Source: Octopus bimaculoides (taxonomy: Eukaryota). Taken from it: a stretch of 64,000 nucleotides of DNA. Location: NCBI RefSeq assembly GCF_001194135.2, contig NC_069001.1, positions 28,453,998-28,517,997 of the forward strand, read 5' to 3'. This document shows, one piece after another, positions 41,487-55,053 of this stretch (positions are counted from its first letter, which is position 1; the number at the start of each line of letters is the position of its first letter). Both the position numbers and the translations under genes were made by a program. The notes under the pieces were generated by a model, which did no database searches, had not been told where the DNA came from, and saw only the letters and a list, made by a program, of their open reading frames with translations.

Positions 41487-42536
41487 TTTGTATAGAAAGT
41501 AGTAACAGGTCCCTGTGTAGGACTGCCATATTGGCAAATAGACTATACTATACGGTACTGTTTACTGCATATTTTTCGATCAGAGATTTAAATCTAGTTG
41601 TATGTCGCTTTAAAAGTATATATTATGAGCAAGGTCTAGTGGCAGACCTTTCTAGCTGGCGATTGCCTTGTGCCGAGGAAGAGAAATAAACCACAAAACC
41701 TTGCTATACAGATATCTCTAAGGCTTCAAACGGGCCAATAGACTCCTTTGCTCACAATATACGAATACGGATTTTGTGTCAGCAACCAGGTGGAAAAGAT
41801 GCTTTCCTGGAGCTAAAAAGTAGTAAGATCGTCCTGCGTAGGACTGCCACGTTGTACTGGCAAATAGATTTTCCTATATATGTATGTTACGAAACAGGTA
41901 GAGAAATTTGAAAAGAAAATACGAAACCGGTTATTTCTCCAAATACATTGTTTCTATACTCAAAATTTTATAACATTTTTTTTAACATAACGATTTAAAT
42001 ATATATTTTAACCATGTAACACAAACCTTCTGTAGTTTTTTCNNNNNNNNNNNNNNNNNNNNNNNNNNNNNNNNNNNNNNNNNNNNNNNNNNNNNNNNNN
42101 NNNNNNNNNNNNNNNNNNNNNNNNNNNNNNNNNNNNNNNNNNNNNNNNNNNNNNNNNNNNNNNNNNNNNNNNNNNNNNNNNNNNNNNNNNNNNNNNNNNN
42201 NNNNNNNNNNNNNNNNNNNNNNNNNNNNNNNNNNNNNNNNNNNNNNNNNNNNNNNNNNNNNNNNNNNNNNNNNNNNNNNNNNNNNNNNNNNNNNNNNNNN
42301 NNNNNNNNNNNNNNNNNNNNNNNNNNNNNNNNNNNNNNNNNNNNNNNNNNNNNNNNNNNNNNNNNNNNNNNNNNNNNNNNNNNNNNNNNNNNNNNNNNNN
42401 NNNNNNNNNNNNNNNNNNNNNNNNNNNNNNNNNNNNNNNNNNNNNNNNNNNNNNNNNNNNNNNNNNNNNNNNNNNNNNNNNNNNNNNNNNNNNNNNNNNN
42501 NNNNNNNNNNNNNNNNNNNNNNNNNNNNNNNNNNNN

Positions 42537-42567
<31 letters not shown>

Positions 42568-43340
42568 CATACATACATACAGACACATTTAGACAATTAA
42601 AGAATGATAAAACATGGTCTTCCCAATTCTCCTTTTCCTCATCATCTTCAGAAAGATCATATGGATGAACAGTACTTATAAGTGTTAATTAAATGCGAAA
42701 TATTGTTATAACATTCCCAAATACAATTCTCATGTTAAATATTATATTTATTAACACGACAATACGTGCCTTTTTCAAACATCTCCAGTGTACTTTTAGA
42801 ATATAGAAATGTGACCATTATACTTCGTAAATACAACAGCTTTCACTTATACAAATAAATGCTTCCTTCACATAAATACATATATAATATATTTAATGGA
42901 TTGCCGACCGAGACTGCTGTCAAGTCAGGAAATTGGTTATAAAGCTTCTTCGTTGTTGCATCAAACTTTGAGCAATAACAAGCAAGCGTTTATTTCTAAA
43001 ATGGTTTTCTTTCTAGTTTATCTATTTCACTTCCATTTGGGTTTGGATTTTTGGATTTTTCTGGTGGTTTATGGTTGTGAATTATTAAAATTTTCTATCA
43101 TATTAAATGTGATGTGAGGAGGGTGTATTGTGTTAGACTTTAAAATAGTTCGCATTCAGTTGCACTTATTTCTAATTCAGCTGAAGACAAAACCATTTCT
43201 CTCTATCAATAACGTGTCAAACACCATTGAATTAGCCAATCTCTTAAGTGATATTGTTCTCATCGTAAGCAATTTCAGACAATATCTTTACAAGTGTATA
43301 CTTGCCGAAAATCATACTAGACTTAGTATCGAACGAACGA

Positions 43341-43386
<46 letters not shown>

Positions 43387-43593
43387 NNNNNNNNNNNNNN
43401 NNNNNNNNNNNNNNNNNNNNNNNNNNNNNNNNNNNNNNNNNNNNNNNNNNNNNNNNNNNNNNNNNNNNNNNNNNNNNNNNNNNNNNNNNNNNNNNNNNNN
43501 NNNNNNNNNNNNNNNNNNNNNNNNNNNNNNNNNNNNNNNNNNNNNNNNNNNNNNNNNNNNNNNNNNNNNNNNNNNNNNNNNNNNNNNNNNNNN

Positions 43594-43640
<47 letters not shown>

Positions 43641-44602
43641 ATATATATATATATAAACCCTCAGGAACACACACACATAGTTATATAGATATAAATATCT
43701 ACACATGCATATTATGTTATATCGTTGTAGATATTACGTTAAGTAATGGAAACTTTTTTCCTAGAAATAAGTGAAAAGTATTTGAAAAACAGGAAAGTAA
43801 TGTCTGAACATGTAATATTTGAAATTTATTTCGCATTGATCCCGAGTGATTTCTGATGCAACGTTGGATAAACGTTGTAAAATGCATCGATTCTTAACTA
43901 GAATGCCATAAGAATGTCTCCTTTTCTAATATATACTGCAGTATTATCGTTCCTGCAATATCATATTATTCTCAACACGCTCTCCGTTTCACTACAATGA
44001 GATAAGTAGATTTATTTGGATCTTTGGAGAATAGCTTCGTTTGAGCTTTTCCAAATACAAGCCTTGTTCTTATATGATTTGGTACTTGTGATTTTCGCAA
44101 AAGCGCTGATTAGGCCTCTCCCTGTACACTAACGATGACAGTTGAGAACTTCTCCGCCTCTATTTAGGTTATATTTTTAAAACGGTATGAAACATCTCTA
44201 TTTCAAATGCAATTCAAAACTACTTCATAAAACTACATGTTACTATATTTCTATAGAGACATAACACCTTTTACTATTACTTTTGAATATAAGAAAATAT
44301 TTATTGGTTTGAGGAATAATTCCTGAGCTTTTTTTTTTCTTTTTTCAAATTTATTTTAAACAAACAAACTTCAACAAATTATTCAATAATATACTCTTGG
44401 TTGTTGTTTAGGCCTTTCTCTCATCGTTCAAAAAGATTTTCGATCCCTCGGCGATAGAAACTTCCCCACAAATACCAGAGCTTGTGCTTAGATCATAAAG
44501 GATTATGAAACTTGTATTTAAGACATAATTCAATATGAAATTTTGATATAAGTTTTTAGCTGAAATGATTTTAAAACAAGAATCTACCATAGAACAGTGT
44601 TC

Positions 44603-44695
44603 GGCGGAATTGTATGAAAACCATTAAATCAATGGTGGACTTGTACGAAAACAACTAAATCAACGGCAGATTTGTACGAAAGCATCTAAGTCAGC
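44603..44695 (+). repeat. 31-bp minisatellite x3
   Basis: GGCGGAATTGTATGAAAACCATTAAATCAAT / GGTGGACTTGTACGAAAACAACTAAATCAAC / GGCAGATTTGTACGAAAGCATCTAAGTCAGC. Confidence 0.85.
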
Positions 44696-44994
44696 CGCTT
44701 GTGTATAGGTGTAGACCTGTAGAGTCGTTCGTATATATTATACACTTCCGAGCTTCATACAGTCCGGTATATTTCTGAGTAGAATGTAGAATCGATTATC
44801 TCTACCTAATCATTCACTGCCACACCCTAATTATTATATTAAATGCAAATTTTACATCGTTGTATTTTAAAGTAGGATATAATGATACGCAATAAACAGC
44901 ACAAGTTATATTATTCATCGCTTTGTAGACTCTAGTAATGTGTGACCAACTATTGCTTATAATGCTATTGTACGTTTTCAGTGCACAATTAATA

Positions 44995-45405
44995 GAAGTA
45001 GCCGTGTTGCAAGAAGCCAGATTCGCAACCACATTGTTCCTAGTTCAGTCCCACTGCGTGGCACCTAGGTCAAGTGTCTTCTACCATAGCCTCCAACCGA
45101 CCAAAGCCTTGTGAGTGGATTTGGCAGGTGGAAGCTGAAAGAAGCCTGTCGTATGTATGTATATCTGTGTGTGTGTGTGTGTGTGGGTGTGGGTGTGTGT
45201 GTGTGTGTGTGTGTGTATTTGCGTGTGTGTGCGCGTGTGTCTGTTTGTCTGGTATTAGCGTGTTTAGCGGTTCGGCAAAATAGAGGGATAGGATGAGTAC
45301 TAGGATTGAAAAAAATTAAGTCCCGGTGTTTATTTGCTCAAATAAAACCCTTCAAGACGGTGCACCAACATTGCCGCAGTCAACTGACTGGAACAAGCAA
45401 ACGAC
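44995..45405 (+). mobile_element. SINE family B
   Basis: gttcagtcccactgcgtggcacc...gtcaagtgtcttctaccatagc (CORE-like), internal (TG)n, ggtgcaccaacattgccgcagtcaactgactgg. Confidence 0.8.
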
Positions 45406-46501
45406 TAACAGTTTGAATAATTTATTATCTAGACCAGCTAACTTCATATACATCGTTCAAATATTGAGTTAAATGAAGTTTCATAAACATCCATTCCAGA
45501 TCTGTCTGATACTTAACCTCAACGTAACAGGTTTGCATTTAATTCTATTTCATATTTCAGCCATTTGACTGCAGCGACTGAGTCGAATTCACTCTAAAAG
45601 ATTTTTGCTATAAGTTCAGTTTAGAAGTAGTGGCGAACAAACACATAAAGACATGCATACGTATACACACCGAGACATACATAAATGCATACACACGTGT
45701 GTATCAGTGAGTATGTGGTTGTGTGCCTGTGGTGTTTTGCTTAGCCATAGCAGTGTCAACAGCCAATTCTAAGAACCCAATATTAATTAATAAATGAATT
45801 CAAAATTAAAAGGAGTGACGTAAAAACTTTCATTGGCTCCCTGCCCTTTCAGCAATAAGGAGTTGTGCGCCCTGATCTGAGTGTCAGTAAAACATTTTTG
45901 CAAAACCTTTCACTGAAGTGTTCTTTGTTTTTAATTCAAAGAAAAGCGATCATTGGAATTGCTCTGGAGAAGCTGTAGTATCTCGCATTATCACTCAGCT
46001 CTGGATGCTTTGATCCTTATAGCTGAAATGGGAGTAACCTAAAGAAAGTAACTAAGTAAAGCACGTTCTTATATTATTCATATAAAACGGGCTGTCGCCG
46101 AGTATACGCAACCTGAATTACATCGCGGGCCTATAATGGAAGTCACATGTCCAAAGGCCACGCACTGGGATTAAACATGAAACCATTTAATTAGTAATCG
46201 GATTTCTTAACCACATAGATACACATTTTACCAATCTGACACAGAGAAATTGTTCCCTATCACTAATAACATGGAGCAGCAATAAGAGCACCAAGATACA
46301 ATACCGCGATGCGTCATTTCTTGACAAGCGGTTAGCAAATGCTATAACAAAACTATAGTAATTTTCTTCAATTTTTTCTATTAATAATCGTGTTGAATGT
46401 ATGGTGAGCTAAAGCAAACCTAAACAACATAAGTGCAGATCATATAATCGTAGACATTATCATGTATACTGCTTAACTGGCCCAGAGACCCATCAGATTA
46501 C

Positions 46502-46664
46502 GTATTTTGTTAGCACGATGCCAATGCATCACAGTTTGAAAAGCTTGAGCATCACAAAGGGAATATAGTACTGGGATTAAACCAAAAATGCTATCAGTCT
46601 TTATAGCTGTTAATGGAACTCTTTCACACACTAAATCTGTTTTCTGTCTTGCAAACAATAATTC
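46502..46664 (-). CDS. Candidate 163-nt internal exon
   Basis: Very strong acceptor ttttatcctaacttacag and 54 open codons: ELLFARQKTDLVCERVPLTAIKTDSIFGLIPVLYSLCDAQAFQTVMHWHRANKI. Donor TAC|gtaatc is moderate. Overlaps track ORF 46473..46658. Confidence 0.32.
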
Positions 46665-46976
46665 CTGTAAGTTAGGATAAAATAGGAAATCGAAGCATGC
46701 GTTATAATACCTTTGTAAAAGATCTTAGCGCTGTAAATAATGTCATGAAAAGAAATTTAAGACGTCAGTGGTGATGAATGTTTTTCCAGGTATCTACACT
46801 ACACAATCTACATTAGTGTATCATAAACTAAATAAGACGCTACATATTGTAGGATTCACCGTCAGTTTCGTTTTATTTCAAACATGATTATCTTATGACA
46901 ATACTATTAAGACAGTTTTAAAACAGTGTTTAAATCTCATTGCACTTTGTTACAAATGAACATATGGAACATGATA

Positions 46977-47080
46977 CAGGGTGGGCAAAAAGCTACGCAC
47001 AAAATAATTTCAATTCGCTCTGGAACTGAAAAACGTGCTTCAATTTTTCTTAAATTGAATAAAATAAATAAGACAATGAT
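46977..47080 (+). mobile_element. Orphan Tc1/mariner-like terminus
   Basis: TA|CAGGGTGGGCAAAAAG resembles the MITE end at 16437. No partner TIR seen; right boundary uncertain. Confidence 0.35.
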
Positions 47081-47591
47081 GAATACACACGTACATGTAT
47101 ACATGATGAACATAATGGTAATAGAAATGATAATAATTTAAGAAGTCTTTCCACTGAAATTTCAAGACCTCTTAAGGAACTGGAACTCCCAAACACGATT
47201 GATGTCTAGCAAAAAGCAACCTTATTGGACACAGCGCACATCTTAAAGTATTATCTGTCTCAATTGCATTTTTACCTACGCTGTCACAGGAAGGAATAAT
47301 GATAATACTAATAATTGACAAGACGAAGAGCGCGATGCGAGCGCAATGAATATTTTAATACACGCCACGATGAGGTAGGGCAGTATTTACATTGGAAAAT
47401 ATGTAAACACTACACATTCAACACTCCTGCTAATTGGTATGAACATCATCCTGAGCCAGTCGTTGAAGGTTAAAATGTGACTACGCTCTGGGATTTTCGA
47501 GTCAACACTGACTCGAACCAGGCTTTGCATCCTTACGGTGGTCCATAAAATAATAACCAATCGATCACTGGCATCGATGTAATCGACTTAC

Positions 47592-47766
<175 letters not shown>

Positions 47767-48158
47767 GTCATTAAAATTTACTGACCTTGTGTCAAAATTT
47801 GAAATTAATATTATCTCATATTTTTATCAACCTCTAAAACTAGTGACACACATATGCGCTGTAATAGCATATTGCATTAGTGTATGAAATATAAAAAAAA
47901 AAGTTGTCAGCGACAGGTGGCACAAGAAAGCCTGCGGCACACAACTTCGAAGTTTTACAATGGGTTGTAATGCCTGAAAATTGTGTATGTGTATGATAAA
48001 GTAAACACAAAAAAAATTGACAGCAGATGAAACATATATGACTGGAGGTTGAAAATATAATGAATCAATAACTATTTCACCCTCTTGTCTATCTCACTTT
48101 TTTTTTTACTCTTTCTCTCTCTCCCTCCCTGTCTTTTACCGTCTCGCTATCTCAACAC

Positions 48159-48245
48159 CTATCTCCAGCGGCAAACCACATCATGTCTGGTGTAAATCCT
48201 CGGTTTATTGTTTCGCAGTTATCTATTGATCCTCTTGGTTTTACA
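48159..48245 (-). CDS. Candidate 87-nt internal exon
   Basis: Acceptor taaccgttgttttcag. Only one frame is open: xVKPRGSIDNCETINRGFTPDMMWFAAGD. Donor TAG|gtgttg is weak. Confidence 0.22.
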
Positions 48246-48619
48246 CTGAAAACAACGGTTAAATAAAATGTTTTCTATTGTTTTTCTCCTCTCGCACTGA
48301 GAGAGTGTACTTTTTTTTATACTCTTCCAATATCGCTGATATGAAAACAGCAAGGAAAAATGAGAAAAAAATATATGTATAATTTAAGGAAACATAACCA
48401 AGTTTTTTTTTTTAAAAAAAGAGCAAAAAATATCAGTTTGGCTTCTTCGGCTTTTGAATATAATGTAATATTAAAAAAAAAAAAGAAAAGAAGGATAAAT
48501 TTGAAACAATAAATAAAAGTCAAAACACATAAAAGCTGAGTTCGAAGGAACCAACACCAATAAATTGACAATAAATCACTGGTAATCAATAATGGAAACT
48601 GCTTTCGTTTTTATAACAT

Positions 48620-49001
48620 CGGCAGCAGTAGCATTATTATAGCCTTCGTACTCATCACTCTTACCACCACCACCACAACCCCCCCCCNNNNNNNNNNNNN
48701 NNNNNNNNNNNNNNNNNNNNNNNNNNNNNNNNNNNNNNNNNNNNNNNNNNNNNNNNNNNNNNNNNNNNNNNNNNNNNNNNNNNNNNNNNNNNNNNNNNNN
48801 NNNNNNNNNNNNNNNNNNNNNNNNNNNNNNNNNNNNNNNNNNNNNNNNNNNNNNNNNNNNNNNNNNNNNNNNNNNNNNNNNNNNNNNNNNNNNNNNNNNN
48901 NNNNNNNNNNNNNNNNNNNNNNNNNNNNNNNNNNNNNNNNNNNNNNNNNNNNNNNNNNNNNNNNNNNNNNNNNNNNNNNNNNNNNNNNNNNNNNNNNNNN
49001 N

Positions 49002-49048
<47 letters not shown>

Positions 49049-49049
49049 A

Positions 49050-49083
<34 letters not shown>

Positions 49084-49276
49084 GATGATTATGATGATAA
49101 TATTGCTGGTGTTGCTGGTGCTTCTGCAGCTGCTACTACTAATACTGCGACTGCTTATGCTGCCATTACTTCTACTACTACTACCACTATTACGACTACT
49201 ATTACTACCACCATTACTATTACTACTACTGACAATAATGATGGTGATTGTGATGATGATGATAATATTTCTGCTG

Positions 49277-49312
<36 letters not shown>

Positions 49313-49466
49313 TCTCTTGTTTTCTCTGCTTCTTCCTCTTATGCTTCACCTTTTTTCGTATTGTTGATATTCTCATCACTGCTATTATTGATGCTACTAC
49401 TACCGCTACTGCTTCTATTCCAGGTGCTATTTTGAGCACAACACATACTACTGCACGCACAACAAT

Positions 49467-49499
<33 letters not shown>

Positions 49500-50075
49500 G
49501 TCTAGCATTCGTACAACAACGAAACTTCACCATCAGCACCACCAGCAGCATCACTCTTTTTTTTTGTTTGTTTTTGCGTAGTCTTGAAGATAACCATCAC
49601 CATGGTGATAGTAACTGTGATCTCGATTGAGAACTATGTGACCATCAGCAATATCAACCGCTCCGGTACAATCACCACCACCACTACAATCACCACCACC
49701 GTCATCGTCATCGTCATCGTCATCATCCATTATCAACATCATAGCCACCACCTTCATTAACATCATCATCCTGATCGACTTCACCGTCACCGCTGTTGTC
49801 GTCATGGATACTGTCCTCGTCGTTTTCATCATCATTGTCATCATTGTCATCGTCATCATCATCATCTTCATCATCATCATTTTCATGGCCACCACCTTCA
49901 TTAACATCATCATCATCATCATCTTCATCATCATCATTTTCATGGCCACCACCTTCATTAACATCATCATCATCATCATGACAGACTTCGTCATCGCTGC
50001 CATCAACATTATCATCATAATCACCATCGTCATCTTCGTTATCATCCTCATCAACACTATCATCATTTCCTTCAA
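48620..50075. repeat. Compound trinucleotide low-complexity block (ACC/ACT/AAT/ATC), with an exact 57-bp duplication at 49861-49974
   Basis: Direct inspection; the block spans the 48688-49001 gap. Confidence 0.9.
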
Positions 50076-50454
50076 GGACGGCGTTTCTTTGAGAAACCGC
50101 TTCTAAGCCACCTTTGTGTATGGTTCGGTGTATTGTTACGTCATATTACGTTGCGAGTTAATATCCTGCCAAAACATTTCTTTGATATTTTCTTTCATTA
50201 TTCCCGAGTTCGATTAAATAAGTAGCAATCAAGTATAAGAGGTCGATAGAATCGATTGTGGCATTTTTTCTTTATCTGTCACCTTAAAGACCTTAGTTGG
50301 AATTTAATACTTTTATTATTACCTTCTGTGGTTGAAGGATCTTATACCAGGGTTTTCCGGCTTTTTTCAGACGGTAATGTAAAAAAAATATTATGCTTTT
50401 AAATTACAGTATTTAAGTATGGGCCAACATGGGTGCTCTGTGTACGTGGGATGC

Positions 50455-50503
<49 letters not shown>

Positions 50504-50504
50504 C

Positions 50505-50745
50505 GTTTGTTGGTGCGACGAACTGGCAGAATCGTTAGCACGCCGGGCGAAATGCCTAGTGGTATTTCGTCTGCCGCTACGTTCTACGTTCAAATTCCGC
50601 GGAGGTCGACTTTGCCCCTTCATCCTTTCGAGGTCGATAAATTAAGTACCAGTTACGCACTGGGGTCGATGTAATCGATTTAATCCCTTTGTCTGTCCTT
50701 GTTTGTCCCCTCTATGTTTAGCCCCTTGTGGGCAATAAAGAAATA
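50505..50745 (+). mobile_element. SINE family A with 15-bp TSD
   Basis: Well-preserved family A body. Direct repeat AGAAAGAGAATATGC at 50490-50504 and 50746-50760. Confidence 0.9.
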
Positions 50746-51231
50746 AGAAAGAGAATATGCACTTGTTAGTGAGAATGTGAGTGAGCTTGTGTGTGTGTCT
50801 GTGTGTGCGACCCTGTGTTGGATAATACAAATATATACGCATATTTACGGTTTTTAGCTTTTCGTAGAAAATTACACTTTTAATTGGAAAGAGGAATTAT
50901 AATCTACACTTCTTGCTGCTATCGAAGCACGGTTTGCATTTTACTAGGATTTTCCACTTTATGATGTACTCCGTGGCGATCTCTTACTAAGCCCAGACGT
51001 ACTTCGCAAGGGATGTGACATTACGTTTCACTGGGATGTTGCAGGAAGACTTGTGGTAATTATATATATATATACACACACATACATATCTACTTCCCTT
51101 GATTCTTCTTATAGCCGCCAGTCTTTACCCAAAGACTTAGTTCTCGGTAAAGTTTTCGCATTGTAAGCTCAAATTATCTTAATGCTGCTAAGTGTTTACA
51201 ATATTGAGCATCTCTAAACCTCATTCATTCA

Positions 51232-51271
<40 letters not shown>

Positions 51272-51287
51272 GTATGTGTATATATAT

Positions 51288-51332
<45 letters not shown>

Positions 51333-52976
51333 TAGATAGAAGTCTATAAGATGTAAATATTTATTATGACGGCCCTAATTTTTTTCTATTATTTTATACC
51401 ACTAATAAGGTGTTTAACAGAAAGCCCTTGCTAATATAAATTTTTTGTTAGTATTTTACTTATATTTATTAATTTTATGTACTGTGTCATCCATATTGCA
51501 ATTGGGAAACTAACTCTATTCTTTGTAGATTTAAAAAATATTTAATGCTTAAATCACTGAAAGAGCACGCTCCTGACCTTTCTTTGGCATTTCACACATA
51601 AACGAAGGAGGGAAGGAAGGAAGGAAGAAAGAAAGAAAGAGATATAGTTATTCTCTTCTCAATCTTGATATCTTTTTGCTACGTCATGCAACGTTATAAT
51701 TCTTCCCAGATCTCGGTCTAAGATCATAGTTTCAAGACTTAACCTTGAGAATACTGCTCAGTTTTTCATTTCGTGTTGAAGAATTTCAATTCTGTTTTTT
51801 TTTTTTTTTGTATGATTAGCTTCTATAATTTTCCATGCCAAGATATCGTGAATCTATCACAGGTAACCATTTATGATCGTTCTGGAATCTCTTGTCTGTA
51901 TTGTTAATATATTTAATAATTTAGTCGTACGCTTTTGTTAACAAGCGCTGATTCTAATGCTCTAATTCTGGAAGTATCAATTAATAGATACATATTTATG
52001 TTGTAATGCACTTCAACAAGAGGTAAACTGTTCACTATGTTGCGTTTATTGTAATGTTTAGATATTTTAGCTGTGGCAGTTATTAAGCCTAGCTCTGTTC
52101 CAGTCAACAGTTACCATTGTAGCCAATACCTTATTTTTGTTAGCTTTCATCCATTGAGTACCGTTCTCCATCTTGCTTTGTGTAAGATTTTCACTGCTAA
52201 AAATCTCTGTAAAGCTTTGTTCACAAAAGTTAGCTAGTCTACGCAAAATTTTCCCCAAATATTCAGCATGTGGTTACACTACTTGTAATGTGTAAATTTT
52301 CAAATGTATGTTCATTGCTTTTCGATATTTGTAAAGCCAATACTAACCTATTTCTTTTTCTTTTTTTGCCGATCTGCAATATAAAAAGGCACATTGTACA
52401 GCCTTGAATGAAAACTATTGTATCCCTTTCCCTCAGTATACTGCAGATTTACACAGAAATTTCAGTCTCCAAATACATAGGGCTTCAAAACACTTCTTTC
52501 ATCATAGTGTACCTTATCTGTCTTTTATATTTACGGATATGTAACTCCTTGCATCTGCCATCTTTATTGAACCTTTATCTCATAGTTGTATCATAAAGTA
52601 TTTTACTGTCTCCCTGCGTTTTCTCACTGGGCGTGTTTTAATAGAGTTCCAACAAAAGTTTTTTTTTTTTTTTCTGTAAACGCATAAACTATTTATTTGA
52701 TCTTCATTCCTTTGAGAACGTATTTGACTGTTTGCTAAAAATAGATTCCTTTTATGGCCTATTCTAGTAACACTATATTCATGCCGTATCATCTGTAAAA
52801 GCAACGTGAAATTACTATTCTTTACAGATAAAGCACGCTCAACATAATTTAGTCTTATATATCCAATAAATGGTTGTTAAACAATTTTCTACGAACTCGT
52901 GAATTCTGGGGGGTTTCCTGAAGCGAGGTTTAGTGTTGTGGATCTCTAAGCAATTTGAGAATTTCTGCTGAGGTGC

Positions 52977-53189
52977 TCTTTTATGTTTCATGTGTGTCAG
53001 TCATTAGAAAACGGTCATGCTGGAGCACTGCCTTAAAGAATTTTTAGTCGAATGAATCGACCTCAGTACTTATTTTTTACTCTGGGTGTTACTTATGCTA
53101 TCTACCTCTTTTACCTAAACGTTAGGTTACCAGGACATAAACGCAACAACACCGGTTGTCAAGCGGTTGTGAGGAACAAATACACACAC

Positions 53190-53243
<54 letters not shown>

Positions 53244-53412
53244 TACACACGGTGGTCTTTTTCAGTTTTCGTCTAACAAATCCACTCACAAGACTTCAGT
53301 CTGTTCGATTCTATAATAGAAGCCACTTGCCCAAGGTGCCACGCGGTGGGACTCAACTCCGATCCATGTCGTTTTGAAGCAAACTTCGTACCACACAGTC
53401 ACGACTGCACCT
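52977..53412 (-). mobile_element. Full-length SINE family B directly 3' of the U6 copy
   Basis: Minus strand begins AGGTGCAGTCGTGACTGTGTGG at 53412, continues gcaccttgggcaagtggcttc, has an internal (TG)n and ends gtgctccagcatgacc...taaaagag. Confidence 0.82.
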
Positions 53413-53413
53413 A

Positions 53414-53520
53414 GACATAAAGAACACTTCGTGAGTTTACGCGTCATTCGTGCCCAGGGTCCAAGCTAATCTTTTCTGTATCGTTCCAAATTTAGCATGG
53501 GTACTGCTGAACAAGGGCAC
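53414..53520 (-). pseudogene. U6: Full-length diverged U6 snRNA copy (probable retropseudogene)
   Basis: Reverse complement reads GTGCCCTTGTTCAGCAGTACCCATGCTAAATTTGGAACGATACAGAAAAGATTAGCTTGGACCCTGGGCACGAATGACGCGTAAACTCACGAAGTGTTC. The 74-nt core (53495-53422) aligns ungapped to canonical U6 recalled from memory, with 13 mismatches. ACAGAGA box is changed to ACAGAAA, the ISL region is mutated, and there is no T-run terminator. Confidence 0.88.
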
Positions 53521-54765
53521 TGAAAGATAAAATAAATCGCTCTCAACTTACTCTATAGCGTCTGAAGAATAATAGAGATAATTTACAAGGTAGTCTCAGA
53601 TATCTTCTGTTAATTTCTGGCATTCTTCCATGCGTAGAACGTCGACAGTACTAGGGCGCGGTCTGGAAGAGTTTGGTCGAACTAATGCACGCCTGTATTT
53701 ATCCTTCTGTCCGGTAATTTTTCTATCATTCCTTTTATGCTGAAGTGTAATTATGAGAAAGTAAACCAGGCGACCTAAACCAAACGATGAGGTTGTACAA
53801 AAACAATCTCAAAGACACTCAAATATAGATATACAGACCCACACACATACGTAGATATACATATCCACAATCATACGTAGCTATACATATGCACACACAT
53901 CTACATACGTACTATTGAGGTGTTTATCATTAGAACTGAAAATGGAACCACGTGGATGCAACAATACGAACAGATTATGGATGCCTGTGTATGTTAAGTA
54001 TATATAAAGTGACTTAATCTATACAGAAGCGATTCCTGTGTACCGCTGTCTTGTTTCTAATTCTGGCAAGGTATTATTTTTCTGAAACTATTTTAGTATT
54101 TTGAAATCTGAAATAACTCATTTCACTTCTTATAGCAATAATATTTGTAGTTCTAAGCAATAACGCTGATCGTTCGTTTGCCGATATCAGTATGGAAGTA
54201 TTCGTTACAATCTTTTTCGAGTTGTAAAAATAGCAGCCAAAAGACAATCTAATCACCTCCAACACTCTTAACATACGAACACGTCGCTAAGAAACAGAAC
54301 AGATAGGAAACTTGGAATCGTCATATCGCAGGTTCGATTACGGTTGATTTACGTCTAAACAGCAACAAGGTAACAGAAACAGAATTAATGTAGCCTCAGA
54401 AACAACGCATTGAACGAAGCACTCTGGTGTGTAAGTGTGTATGTGTGTGTGTGCGCGTGCGTATGTGTGTATGCATGCATATGTATTCACACACATATAT
54501 ATGTACATGTATACATATATATGTGTATACGTGTGTGTGTGTGTGTGTGTGTACACTTCGTTTTTGTATCTGGTATGCAAGATTCGTTATGTGAATTCGT
54601 GTGTTGAAACAAATATTGTTGTCTGGAGAGAGTCGTAGAATCTTAATATAATACAGTCACCAGTTCAATTTCCACTAAATTATTTATTTATTTATTTATT
54701 TATTCATGAAATCTATTTATTTATTCCTGTATACATGAAAATATGTGTGTGTGTGTGTGTGTGTT

Positions 54766-54797
<32 letters not shown>

Positions 54798-55003
54798 TAT
54801 ATGTATATATATATATACGCGTATGTGTCTATATACACATATGTGTGCCTGTGAATGTATATATATACATGCTTGTATGTTTATTCGGAAAGAGAGAGGG
54901 TGTGAGAGAAAGGCTACTGAAACTGACTCGACCAAAATATAACTGTTATTAGACCCTACTTTGGTATCAAGTACACTTTCATATCACAGTAAACAGTGGA
55001 GCG

Positions 55004-55053
<50 letters not shown>

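Noticed and set aside
43181-43264. Plus-strand 84-nt open segment between good splice signals
   Set aside because: No recognisable protein and no partner exons; it shows how often such candidates arise by chance.
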